From Pseudomonadota bacterium (GTDB lineage Bacteria > Myxococcota > JACRCW01 > JAFGSX01): a stretch of DNA of 64,000 nucleotides. The notes beneath the pieces were generated by a model. It did not search any database. It worked only from the letters and a program-made list of their open reading frames with translations, and had not been told where the DNA came from. The position numbers and the translations under genes were made by a program. Below, in pieces: positions 1 to 8,003 of the stretch (positions are counted from its first letter, which is position 1; each line of letters opens with the position of its first letter). The stretch covers positions 64,001-128,000 of the forward strand of contig JBDRCO010000087.1 of the NCBI GenBank assembly GCA_043821645.1, given 5' to 3'.

Positions 1-1
1 G

Positions 2-106
2 GCTGGTCAGTCCATCACCATCGATCTCGCCAGCGGAGATATCTCGGTGGAGGGCCGGGTGCGCGGCGTTCTGGGTTCCGACGTGATCCAGCCCGCTCCG
101 CGCTGA
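2..106 (+). CDS. 3' end of a CDS truncated by the window edge, probably the LptA/OstA-like LPS transport periplasmic protein
   Basis: Open frame AGQSITIDLASGDISVEGRVRGVLGSDVIQPAPR* ending 14 nt before lptB; lptA-lptB order is typical. Confidence 0.55.
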   Translation, partial: AGQSITIDLASGDISVEGRVRGVLGSDVIQPAPR

Positions 107-120
107 GGACAGTCGCAGCC

Positions 121-867
121 ATGACATCTCCGACCTCGCCCCCCACCTGCAGCCTGTGCGCCCGTGGCCTGACCAAGAGCTATCGTCGACGCCGCGTCGT
201 CGATGGGGTCGGGTTCGAGGTGAGCACTGGCGAGGTGGTGGGTCTGCTCGGTCCCAATGGCGCCGGCAAGTCCACGTCGTTCAACATGGTGGCAGGGCTT
301 GTGGTGGCGGACCGGGGCTCGGTGACCCTCGGCGACGTCGATATCACGCGCTACCCCGTGTACAAGCGCGCGCGCCTCGGGCTGGGCTACCTGGCCCAGG
401 AGCCCTCGATCTTCCGCCGACTCAGCGTGCGCGAGAACCTGCTCGCGGTGCTCGAGTTCGTCGAACGCGATCGGAAGGAGCGCGAGCGGCGGGCCGATGA
501 GCTCATCCACCAGCTCGATCTGGATACCGTCGCCGGGAGCCAGGGTAGCACCCTCTCCGGGGGCGAGCGCCGCCGCGTCGAGATCGCGCGGACCCTGACC
601 ACGCGTCCGACCCACGTGTTGCTGGATGAACCCTTCGCGGGCGTCGACCCCATCGCCGTGGCCGAGATCCAGCGCATCGTGCGCACGCTCCGGGACCAGG
701 GAATCGGTGTCCTGATCACGGATCACAACGTGCGCGAGACCCTGGGAATCTGTGACCGCGCCTACTTGATCGAGCGCGGCTGCATCCTGCTCGAGGGGAC
801 GCCTGACAAGATCGTCGGGGATGAGAAGGCCCGGGAGGTGTACCTGGGTCAGGGCTTCCGGCTCTGA
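121..867 (+). CDS. lptB: LPS export ABC transporter ATP-binding protein
   Basis: Walker A GPNGAGKS, GYLAQEPSIFR, signature LSGGERRRVEIAR, LLDEPFAGVDP, ITDHNVRETL, C-terminal VYLG. Confidence 0.95.
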   Translation: MTSPTSPPTCSLCARGLTKSYRRRRVVDGVGFEVSTGEVVGLLGPNGAGKSTSFNMVAGLVVADRGSVTLGDVDITRYPVYKRARLGLGYLAQEPSIFRRLSVRENLLAVLEFVERDRKERERRADELIHQLDLDTVAGSQGSTLSGGERRRVEIARTLTTRPTHVLLDEPFAGVDPIAVAEIQRIVRTLRDQGIGVLITDHNVRETLGICDRAYLIERGCILLEGTPDKIVGDEKAREVYLGQGFRL

Positions 868-1403
868 GAGCCACTGTCGCGGGCGCTGTCCGCGCGCTCG
901 CCACCACCCCCCTTCTCGATCCGGGTGTCCACCACAGTCTCCCCGGTTCCCTCGTCCTCGGCCTTCGGCTCGGGTGTCGGCGCCCGGTGCTCCGAGCGCA
1001 GGGTCTCGACCGCGCGCTTCATGGCAGCTTGCTCCTGTGACGACAGCAGGGACAGGGGTTGCAGCCAGCGCCCCAGCAGGTCCGTGAGCAGGGCATTGAT
1101 CGCACCCAGCAGCACCGTGCCGAGCACCGCCCAGCCGACGCCGTCGATGGTGAAGCCGGGCACCAGCCACGCCGTCAGGTAAAAGGCGCCCAGGTTGACC
1201 GGCAGCAGCAGCAGCAGCCCCAACGTTAGGGGTAGCAGAGCGAACACGACCCACACCAGGCCGCTGGCCATCACGGAGAGCACCAACGAGGCCACCATCA
1301 GGGAGCGCAGGGACTCCACCGTGAAGCCTGGCGCGAACTGGCCAAGGATGGCGATGACGGCGAAATTGGCGACGACACGGGTGACGATCTGGGCGCCTGT
1401 CAT
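849..1403 (-). CDS. Phage-holin-like (YvlD/DUF360-type) 4-TM membrane protein
   Basis: Four hydrophobic segments, LPLTLGLLLLLPVN, two PGFT(V/I) motifs; 3' end overlaps lptB by 19 nt. Confidence 0.65.
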   Translation of the reverse strand: MTGAQIVTRVVANFAVIAILGQFAPGFTVESLRSLMVASLVLSVMASGLVWVVFALLPLTLGLLLLLPVNLGAFYLTAWLVPGFTIDGVGWAVLGTVLLGAINALLTDLLGRWLQPLSLLSSQEQAAMKRAVETLRSEHRAPTPEPKAEDEGTGETVVDTRIEKGGGGERADSARDSGSQSRKP

Positions 1404-1487
1404 CGGTCACTGCTTTCCGCGGAGCGCACGTCGTGGCGACAACCCGTGCCACGGCTGCGCAGCATCGGCGCCCGAGGCCGGTCCGGT

Positions 1488-2885
1488 TCAATCACCCAGG
1501 TGCAGGACCAACATCGAGCAGGTCATGAAAATGAGGATGCCTGTGATGTCGTTGCTGGTACTGACGAAGGGGCTCGCTGCGATGGCAGGGTCGATGCCGA
1601 GGCGCTTGAGTGCGGCCGGGGCGAGCGTGCCCACCATGGACGCAAAGATCATGGCCACCGTCATCGAGATGCCGACGGCGATGCCTATGACGGAGCTTCC
1701 ACCCCACAGCGTTGTTCCCGCGACCAGTCCGACCACGGTGCCGCAAGCGAGCCCCATGAGCACACCCACGGCGATCTCCTTGAGCAAGGTGTGCCAGATG
1801 TCCTCCATCTCGATGCGTCCCGTGGCGAAGCCGCGGGTGACGATGGTGGAGGACTGGGTGCCGACGTTGCCGGCCATGCCGTTGATGACCGGGATGAAGG
1901 CGATGAGTGCGACCGCGTCGGCGAGCATCACGCGAAAAAGCCACAGGAAGTAGCCGGCGATCAGCCCTCCGATCAGGTTGGTGATGAGCCAGGGAAGACG
2001 CACGCCCGCGATGCGAAACACACGGTTGCCGTAGACCAGCTCCTCGGCCGAGGTACCGGCCATGCGCAGGGCGTCCTCGTCGGCTTCCTCGTGTGCCACG
2101 TCCATGACGTCGTCGTGGACGATGCGGCCCAGCAGCTTGCCCTGGGCGTCGATCACGGCCAGGGACAGCAGGTCGTACTTGCGAAACAGGTTGAGCACCT
2201 CTTCCTGGTCCACCTCGGGCCGCACCGAGGCCACCTTGGCCTCCATGATGTCGCCCAGGCGCGTGCCGCGTCGTGACACCACCAGTCGCGCCAGGGGCAC
2301 ATTGCCCAGGTAGATGCCCTGCTCGTCGAGCACGTACACCGAGTGGATGTCCTCGGTCTCTTCTTCCAGCACGTCGCGGATCAGGTTGATGGCCTCGTCG
2401 ACCGTGGCGCTGACCGGCAGGGCCGCCAGCTCCATCTGCATGATGCCGCCGGCGGAGTCCTCGGGATAGGCCATCAGGGCCCGCACCTCGGCGGCGTCCT
2501 CGGCATCCACCTTGGCGATCTCGGCCAGGACCTGGTCGACCTCGTGGGGCTCCAGCTCGCCGATCAGGTCCGCGGCGTCATCGCTCTCGAGCTCGACGGC
2601 GAGCTGGGCGATCTCCCTGGGCTTGAGCAGATCGAAGAGGACCTCGCGCGTTGCCTCGTCGAGTTCGGCCACCAGCTCGGCCGCGTCCTCCGCGGGAAGG
2701 TTGCTCAGGACCCTGGGCCACAGGGCGTCGTCGATCTCGTCCAGGATCTCGGCCAGGTCTGCGGGGTGCTTGACCAGGTTGAGAAAATCCCGGATGTCCG
2801 CATCGCTGCCATTCTTGATCAGCAGCTCGATCTCGTCCGCCTCGCGCTCTTCAGGGGCGCGGCTCTCTGTGGGGTTTTGGGCCAT
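1488..2885 (-). CDS. mgtE: Magnesium transporter MgtE
   Basis: Acidic N-domain, YPEDSAGGIM followed by a CBS pair, TM region with GNVGTQ and DPAIAASPFVSTSND; start could be 2885 or 2900. Confidence 0.95.
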   Translation of the reverse strand: MAQNPTESRAPEEREADEIELLIKNGSDADIRDFLNLVKHPADLAEILDEIDDALWPRVLSNLPAEDAAELVAELDEATREVLFDLLKPREIAQLAVELESDDAADLIGELEPHEVDQVLAEIAKVDAEDAAEVRALMAYPEDSAGGIMQMELAALPVSATVDEAINLIRDVLEEETEDIHSVYVLDEQGIYLGNVPLARLVVSRRGTRLGDIMEAKVASVRPEVDQEEVLNLFRKYDLLSLAVIDAQGKLLGRIVHDDVMDVAHEEADEDALRMAGTSAEELVYGNRVFRIAGVRLPWLITNLIGGLIAGYFLWLFRVMLADAVALIAFIPVINGMAGNVGTQSSTIVTRGFATGRIEMEDIWHTLLKEIAVGVLMGLACGTVVGLVAGTTLWGGSSVIGIAVGISMTVAMIFASMVGTLAPAALKRLGIDPAIAASPFVSTSNDITGILIFMTCSMLVLHLGD

Positions 2886-3014
2886 CCGCGGCGAATCCAA
2901 GCACCGCGCTCTGGCAAAGGCAATGGGCCCCGGCGCCAGACACGCGTTGAAGAGGGCCCCGCCGCTCTGTTACGCTCCCGAGGGTCCCCCTGTTGCGGGG
3001 AAAATGGAGCGGAC

Positions 3015-4073
3015 ATGCGATGCATCAGAATAAGTAGTCTTGCCCTGATCCTGTGTGGCGCCCTCGCCTGCAGCGAGGACTTCGGCTTCAACCTGATCCA
3101 GAACCCCCAGGTCGACAAGGTCGAACCGGTGGAGGGCCCCACCAAGGGCGGCCAGCGCATCACCATCACCGGCGAGCATTTCATCGAGAACACGCAGATC
3201 CTTTTCGACGACAAACCCTGCCGGGACATCGTCATCAAGAGTGAGACCGTGATCGAGTGCTTGACCCCCGTGCACGACGCCGGCGCGGCCGTGGTCAAGG
3301 CCAAGCACGAGAGTTCAGGGGAGGGTGACCGTACGGCCACCTACACCTTCATCCCGCCCCCCGAGTTCAGCCTGCACCCTGGCGATCAGGTGGGCTTCAA
3401 CGTGGTCAACCTCAACTACTGCCCGTCGGACTTCTGCACGCCCGACAACGAGCAAGAGGTCGCCTGGCGCTCGCTGTGGATCATCCAGGAAGACGGCGTG
3501 GCCCTTTCCGAGACCACGGGGCAGTGGGAGGTCCGGGCCAGCTACTTCCATCAGGTCATCGAGGGCGCCAGCGATCCTGCGGCTGTCGCCACCACCTGGC
3601 TCTCTGCCTACGGGCCCTATGACCAGGCTGCGGACTACGTCGACGAGGGCGTGGGCACCTACACCACCTCGGTCCCGCCCGTCCCGGACCTGGGCGGCGG
3701 CGCGGTGTCCTTTCCCTTCTTCGACATGACCAACTTCGATGTCGCCGAGCTGACCTTTCGCAACGCCGTCAAGGCCCTCGACAGCGAGGCGGCCTTCGAG
3801 AGCCAGCCGGCGTCGCGACGGCTCGAGGCGTACTACGTCGACAGCGGCACGCCGCGGCTGGCACACCACGTGCTCATCGTCTTTCACTCGGTGGGCATCG
3901 TGTGCATGATGACCGAGGAGATCGCCGAGGCCAGCAGCAGTCCGTCCCGCAGCCAGGGCGACTTCACCGGCGTGCTCATCACACCCAAGTCCAACCTGGC
4001 CTTCCCCTGGGTGCAGCGCGTGGCGGGGCAGAAGAAGTTCTGCAACTGTGCGTCGGACACCGGCTGCGAGTGA
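3015..4073 (+). CDS. Putative lipoprotein with N-terminal IPT/TIG domain and unknown C-terminal domain
   Basis: RBS GGAG before ATG 3015; lipobox-like LILCGALAC; IPT motif PVEGPTKGGQRITITGEHF...IECLTP. Confidence 0.75.
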   Translation: MRCIRISSLALILCGALACSEDFGFNLIQNPQVDKVEPVEGPTKGGQRITITGEHFIENTQILFDDKPCRDIVIKSETVIECLTPVHDAGAAVVKAKHESSGEGDRTATYTFIPPPEFSLHPGDQVGFNVVNLNYCPSDFCTPDNEQEVAWRSLWIIQEDGVALSETTGQWEVRASYFHQVIEGASDPAAVATTWLSAYGPYDQAADYVDEGVGTYTTSVPPVPDLGGGAVSFPFFDMTNFDVAELTFRNAVKALDSEAAFESQPASRRLEAYYVDSGTPRLAHHVLIVFHSVGIVCMMTEEIAEASSSPSRSQGDFTGVLITPKSNLAFPWVQRVAGQKKFCNCASDTGCE

Positions 4074-4101
4074 GACCCCGCGCCACCATGAGGTTGTTGC
4101 C

Positions 4102-4755
4102 TTGACCACACCGCTGTCTGCCGTGTTTTTTGATCTCGACGGCACGCTCATCGACACCCGCGGCGACCTGCACGACTGTGTCAACGCCTTGCGCGCGAGC
4201 TACGGAATGTCACCGCTCACCGTGAATCGCACGGTCGAGGCCGTGGGGCACGGCATCGAGCACCTGGTCTCGGGTGTGCTCAGCACCACGGACAGCGCCG
4301 AGATCGCCGAGGCTGTCGAGCGCTTCCGGGAACACTACCTGGCCCACTGCACGGACAAGACCGAGCCCTATCCGGGGGTGGGCGAGCTCCTCAAGGCCCT
4401 GCACGAGCGCGCGATCAAGGTGGCGGTGGTCACCAACAAACCTCAGCACCACGCCGAGCGCATCCTCGAGGCGCTGCAGCTGCCGACCGATCTGGTGGTC
4501 GGTGCCTCTCCTGAACGTCTCCCCAAGCCCGACCCGGCCATGCTGCTGGAGGCCGCACGCCGGCTCGAGGCGGACCTGCATCGCAGCATCTACGTCGGTG
4601 ACATGGAACTCGATCTCGAGGCAGCCCGGGCCTGCGACTGCGCCTTCGTGGGTGTCGATTTTGGCTTTACCAGCGAGTCGTCGCTGCCTCACCGCACGGC
4701 CGTGTGCGTCGACACCGTTGAAGCGCTGCAGCGTGCGCTGCTCGAGCGCGCCTGA
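4102..4755 (+). CDS. HAD-family hydrolase, phosphoglycolate phosphatase-like
   Basis: FDLDGTLIDT, VVTNK, KPDP, YVGDMELD motifs; TTG start at 4102 chosen over ORF start 4048. Confidence 0.85.
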   Translation: MTTPLSAVFFDLDGTLIDTRGDLHDCVNALRASYGMSPLTVNRTVEAVGHGIEHLVSGVLSTTDSAEIAEAVERFREHYLAHCTDKTEPYPGVGELLKALHERAIKVAVVTNKPQHHAERILEALQLPTDLVVGASPERLPKPDPAMLLEAARRLEADLHRSIYVGDMELDLEAARACDCAFVGVDFGFTSESSLPHRTAVCVDTVEALQRALLERA

Positions 4756-4797
4756 CCGCCCGCATCGATCCCGCACCGCGGCTCGCGACTCCCCCCC

Positions 4798-5571
4798 TCA
4801 GGCTGCCCGGGCAGGCCCCAGCAGGTAGTCGCCGGCCATGCTGCCGTCGCTGAAGAGGTTGAAGCAGCGCAGCGTGGTGGTCTCGAAGCGCCAGTCCGTC
4901 ACCTCCATTCCGTCGAGGTCATAGACCGGGTTGGCGGCGAAGGTGTGATGAGGTGTGCGTTGTGGGAGCAAGGTGTCGGGCAGGGGCATGCCGAGACAGC
5001 GCCTCAGCACGGCCCGGCGCACGCCGAGCTGCTGCAATCCTGCCAGAAGACGTGGGATCTCGTCGAGATTGCGGTGCGTGACCAGGACCGAAACCTTGAT
5101 TGGGATGCGGCTTGCGAGGAGCAGGTCTCCGAGATCGAACAGGCGCCCACCCCCGGTCATGGCACGGTAGGTGTCGAACTCGAGCGAAGGCACGGACACG
5201 GCGGCGCGGTCGTAGAGGTGGAACAGGGCGAGGTGAGACAGCGCGAGCTGACCATTGGTGTGCAGCGATAGACGAACCCCGGGGATGCGACGGCGCAGCG
5301 TGTGGACCAGGGCTTCCTGGTGTCTGTAGAGCATGGGATCCGTGTTGCTGCCGGTCAGGGACAGCTCGCGGACGCCCTCGCGCACCAGCACCGCGCAGAA
5401 GGCGGCCAGGTTGCGCGGTGGAAACAGGCCGAGGTTGTCAGGCCGTCGAGGGCCTAGCTGGCGACCGATGCAGTCGGGACAGCGCAGGTTGCAGCGCCCA
5501 CTGAACAGGATGTTGGCGAAGGCGGGTTCCTGGCGTGGGCAATCACTGGCTGGCTCCCTCGCGGTCATCAT
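4798..5571 (-). CDS. Small radical SAM protein of unknown function
   Basis: CxxxCxxC (CNLRCPDC), SLTGSNTDP in place of GGEP, SLHTNG; RBS GAGGAG upstream of ATG 5571. Confidence 0.85.
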   Translation of the reverse strand: MMTAREPASDCPRQEPAFANILFSGRCNLRCPDCIGRQLGPRRPDNLGLFPPRNLAAFCAVLVREGVRELSLTGSNTDPMLYRHQEALVHTLRRRIPGVRLSLHTNGQLALSHLALFHLYDRAAVSVPSLEFDTYRAMTGGGRLFDLGDLLLASRIPIKVSVLVTHRNLDEIPRLLAGLQQLGVRRAVLRRCLGMPLPDTLLPQRTPHHTFAANPVYDLDGMEVTDWRFETTTLRCFNLFSDGSMAGDYLLGPARAA

Positions 5572-5641
5572 CCCCGTCTCCTCTCGCCCGTCTGGCGGAC
5601 TCCACCGAGCTGTTTCCTGCCCATCGCAGGGTGTCCTCACC

Positions 5642-7108
5642 TCACAGGGACAGCAGGTGCTGCTGGACCTGCGCCGAGTAGAACAGGGCGATCACGCCAT
5701 TGAAGTGCTGCGCGCCATGCTCGGTGAGCGCCAGGCAGTCACCCCGGCTCTCCATCAGCCCGCGTTCCTGCACGAAGCCCAGGACCGCCGGAAAGGCCTG
5801 CTCCAGGGTCTGGCCGAAGCGCGCCGCAAAGGACGGGCGATGGATCTCACCAAAGTAGAAGGCCACCGAGACCATCTTGGCCATGGCCTCGCTGCGTGGC
5901 AGCCAGTACAGATCCTGGATGGGCAGTCGCCGCGCGTCGACGGCGTCGAGGTAGCCGTCGAGCCGCTTGCTGGCCGCACCCAGGTTGTAGCCCAGCGCGT
6001 TGTTGGTAAAAGTCTGCGCGCCCAGGCCCAGGCCCAGGTAGGGGCCACCGTGGACCACGCGCTCGGTGAGGTAGGCGCTGGTGCCTGGGTCGCCGGCCAC
6101 GCGGCTGAAGCCGTTCTTGCCCGGGTTGGCGTGGTAGCCGTGCTCGGCGAGCAGGGCCCGCGCTGCGAGGTACATCGCCATCACGCGCTCGAGGGGGATG
6201 TCCGAGGCCTCACCGCGCACCTTGGTGCCCTTGTAGCGCATGCGGTACAGGGTGATGACCTCGGGATCCAGGGCCAGGGTGTGGCGCAGGGTGGCCAGCA
6301 CGTCCTCGACCGTCTGCTTGGCGAAGCCGTACATGACATCGATGTTGAAGCTCTCGAAGCCGGCGGTGCGGATGTTGTCGACGGCCCGGCGGTTGAAGGT
6401 CACGTCGTTGAGGTCCCGGCCGTACTCGCGCAGCAGCCGCGGGTTGGCCATCTGCAGGCCCATGGAGATGCGGTGGATGCCGGCGATCTTGAAGGCGCGC
6501 AGGGTGTCGGGGCACAGGGCCGCGATCTTGGGCGTGGTCTCGATGCTGATGCCGTATCCCTCGCCGAGGCGAAAGCCCCCGTGCACGCGCTCGACCAGGG
6601 TCGCGATGTGCCGCGGTTGTACCAGCGAGGGCGTGCCCCCGCCGATGTCGAAGCCAGCCAGGGTGTGCTGGCCGCGGCCGAGCAGGTCCAGGTACAGGTC
6701 CAGCTCGCGCAGCAACGCCGCCATGTAGCGCTCCTCGTCCTGGGGCACGTGCCTGTCCAGCACCGTGTATTCGCAGAAGCTGCAGCGGCGCTCGCAGAAG
6801 GGCACGTGGGCGTACAGGCTCATGCTCGGGCTCGCCTCCAGGGCTTGGCGCAGGATGGGTGCGTACTGGTCCTCGTCCACCCGGTGCTGCCAGATCGTTG
6901 TGCGGTGGGCGATGGGGTAGGCGGTGTTGGCCAGGTGGTGCTGACGCAGGCCCGCCTCGAACACCTCCTCGGGCAGTGGCCGGACCACCGCGTCCTCGGC
7001 CCGCCACGGCAGCACGCTGGCCGGGCGTACGGCGCTGTCCTGGCACCCCGGCGAACCGCTCTCGCTTTGCAGCGTGTTCCGGCTGTCGCTGGCGTGTTCG
7101 CTCTTCAT
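5642..7108 (-). CDS. HemN-like (class C-type) radical SAM protein
   Basis: HVPFCERRCSFC, GGGTPS, RISMGLQ, NIDVMYG, YLGLGLGA, HemN-like C-terminal domain; RBS AAGGAGG before ATG 7108. Confidence 0.88.
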   Translation of the reverse strand: MKSEHASDSRNTLQSESGSPGCQDSAVRPASVLPWRAEDAVVRPLPEEVFEAGLRQHHLANTAYPIAHRTTIWQHRVDEDQYAPILRQALEASPSMSLYAHVPFCERRCSFCEYTVLDRHVPQDEERYMAALLRELDLYLDLLGRGQHTLAGFDIGGGTPSLVQPRHIATLVERVHGGFRLGEGYGISIETTPKIAALCPDTLRAFKIAGIHRISMGLQMANPRLLREYGRDLNDVTFNRRAVDNIRTAGFESFNIDVMYGFAKQTVEDVLATLRHTLALDPEVITLYRMRYKGTKVRGEASDIPLERVMAMYLAARALLAEHGYHANPGKNGFSRVAGDPGTSAYLTERVVHGGPYLGLGLGAQTFTNNALGYNLGAASKRLDGYLDAVDARRLPIQDLYWLPRSEAMAKMVSVAFYFGEIHRPSFAARFGQTLEQAFPAVLGFVQERGLMESRGDCLALTEHGAQHFNGVIALFYSAQVQQHLLSL

Positions 7109-7121
7109 GGTGTCCTCCTTC

Positions 7122-7142
7122 ATTGGTTACAATATAACCAAA
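7122..7142. promoter_or_regulatory. Candidate NrtR operator 1
   Basis: Palindrome TTGGTTA-CAATA-TAACCAA overlapping the -10 box and predicted start site. Confidence 0.7.
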
Positions 7143-7159
7143 CAAGAAAGAGCTGTCAA
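7131..7159 (-). promoter_or_regulatory. Sigma70-type promoter for the radical SAM operon
   Basis: Minus strand TTGACA (7159-7154), 17-nt spacer, TATATT (7136-7131), in an AT-rich spacer. Confidence 0.8.
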
Positions 7160-7212
7160 CAGGAACTGCTCAAGAGGTAAATAGTGCTTGATTTTCGATT
7201 CATTGGCGCTAG

Positions 7213-7233
7213 TTTGGTTCAGAAGAAATCAAA
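7213..7233. promoter_or_regulatory. Candidate NrtR operator 2 (autoregulatory)
   Basis: TTTGGTT-CAGAAGA-AATCAAA, same geometry as operator 1, between a possible TTGATT-N16-TAGTTT promoter and the nrtR RBS. Confidence 0.6.
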
Positions 7234-7239
7234 GGAGAG

Positions 7240-7929
7240 ATGGTGGTAAAGCGATCTCTCGAACGACCCATCCTGGCGGTGGACGTGGTGCTGCTGGCCC
7301 TGCGTGAGAGGGTGCTGTGCGTGCGCCTGCAGCGGCGCCAGGCCGAGCCCTTCACGGGAGCCTGGGCGCTGCCGGGAGTGGCGGTTCGCGTCGACGAGAC
7401 CCTCAAGGATGCGGCGCGCCGCGCTCTAGCCGAACGCGGAGAGCTGGCCCCCGAGGCGCTGGGCCGGGTTCACCTCGAGCAGCTGAGCACCTTTGACGCC
7501 CTGTTTCGCGACCCCCGGGGGCGCACGGTCAGCGTCGCCTTCCTGGGTCTGACCCGGGACGGGAACGAGGATGGTGTCGGAGCCCGCTGGCGAGCGGTCG
7601 AGGCGCGTGGCACGGGGAGGCTTCCCTTCGACCATGACGCGATCCTCACCGCAGCCCTGGATCGGCTGCGCGGCAAGCTGCGCTACACCAACATCGCGCG
7701 CCAGCTCCTTGATGAGCCTTTCGGTTCCGAGGCCTTGCGCGCCGTGTACCAAGGCGTGCTGGGGCGGGCGCTCAATCGCTCCAATTTTCGCGAGAAGCTG
7801 GTGCGCATCGGCCTCATCGAACGCGTTGGTTTGTCGGAAGGGGCTTCGGGTGCACGCGGTGGGCGGCCCGCGCACCTGTATCGCTTCACCCGCCGTGGCG
7901 TCGAGGCCGAGGACAGGGATTTCGTTTGA
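7240..7929 (+). CDS. nrtR: NrtR-family Nudix/winged-helix transcriptional regulator
   Basis: AVDVV..., WALPG, EQLSTF, RDPRGRTVSVAF, LPFDH, LRGKLRYT, wHTH NRSNFREKL...GGRPAHLYRF. Confidence 0.9.
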   Translation: MVVKRSLERPILAVDVVLLALRERVLCVRLQRRQAEPFTGAWALPGVAVRVDETLKDAARRALAERGELAPEALGRVHLEQLSTFDALFRDPRGRTVSVAFLGLTRDGNEDGVGARWRAVEARGTGRLPFDHDAILTAALDRLRGKLRYTNIARQLLDEPFGSEALRAVYQGVLGRALNRSNFREKLVRIGLIERVGLSEGASGARGGRPAHLYRFTRRGVEAEDRDFV

Positions 7930-8003
7930 CGCTACGCGTTGCCCGACCGCTTCGTGTCGGTTAACGTGCGCCGCCGTCACGTGAATGGCACGGAGGATCA
8001 GCT

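Noticed and set aside
849-1403. Holin-like gene as evidence of a prophage
   Set aside because: This family is commonly chromosomal, and no other phage genes are nearby
4798-5571. Prokaryotic viperin
   Set aside because: Lacks viperin-type N-x-H...CNYxCxFC and GGEP motifs
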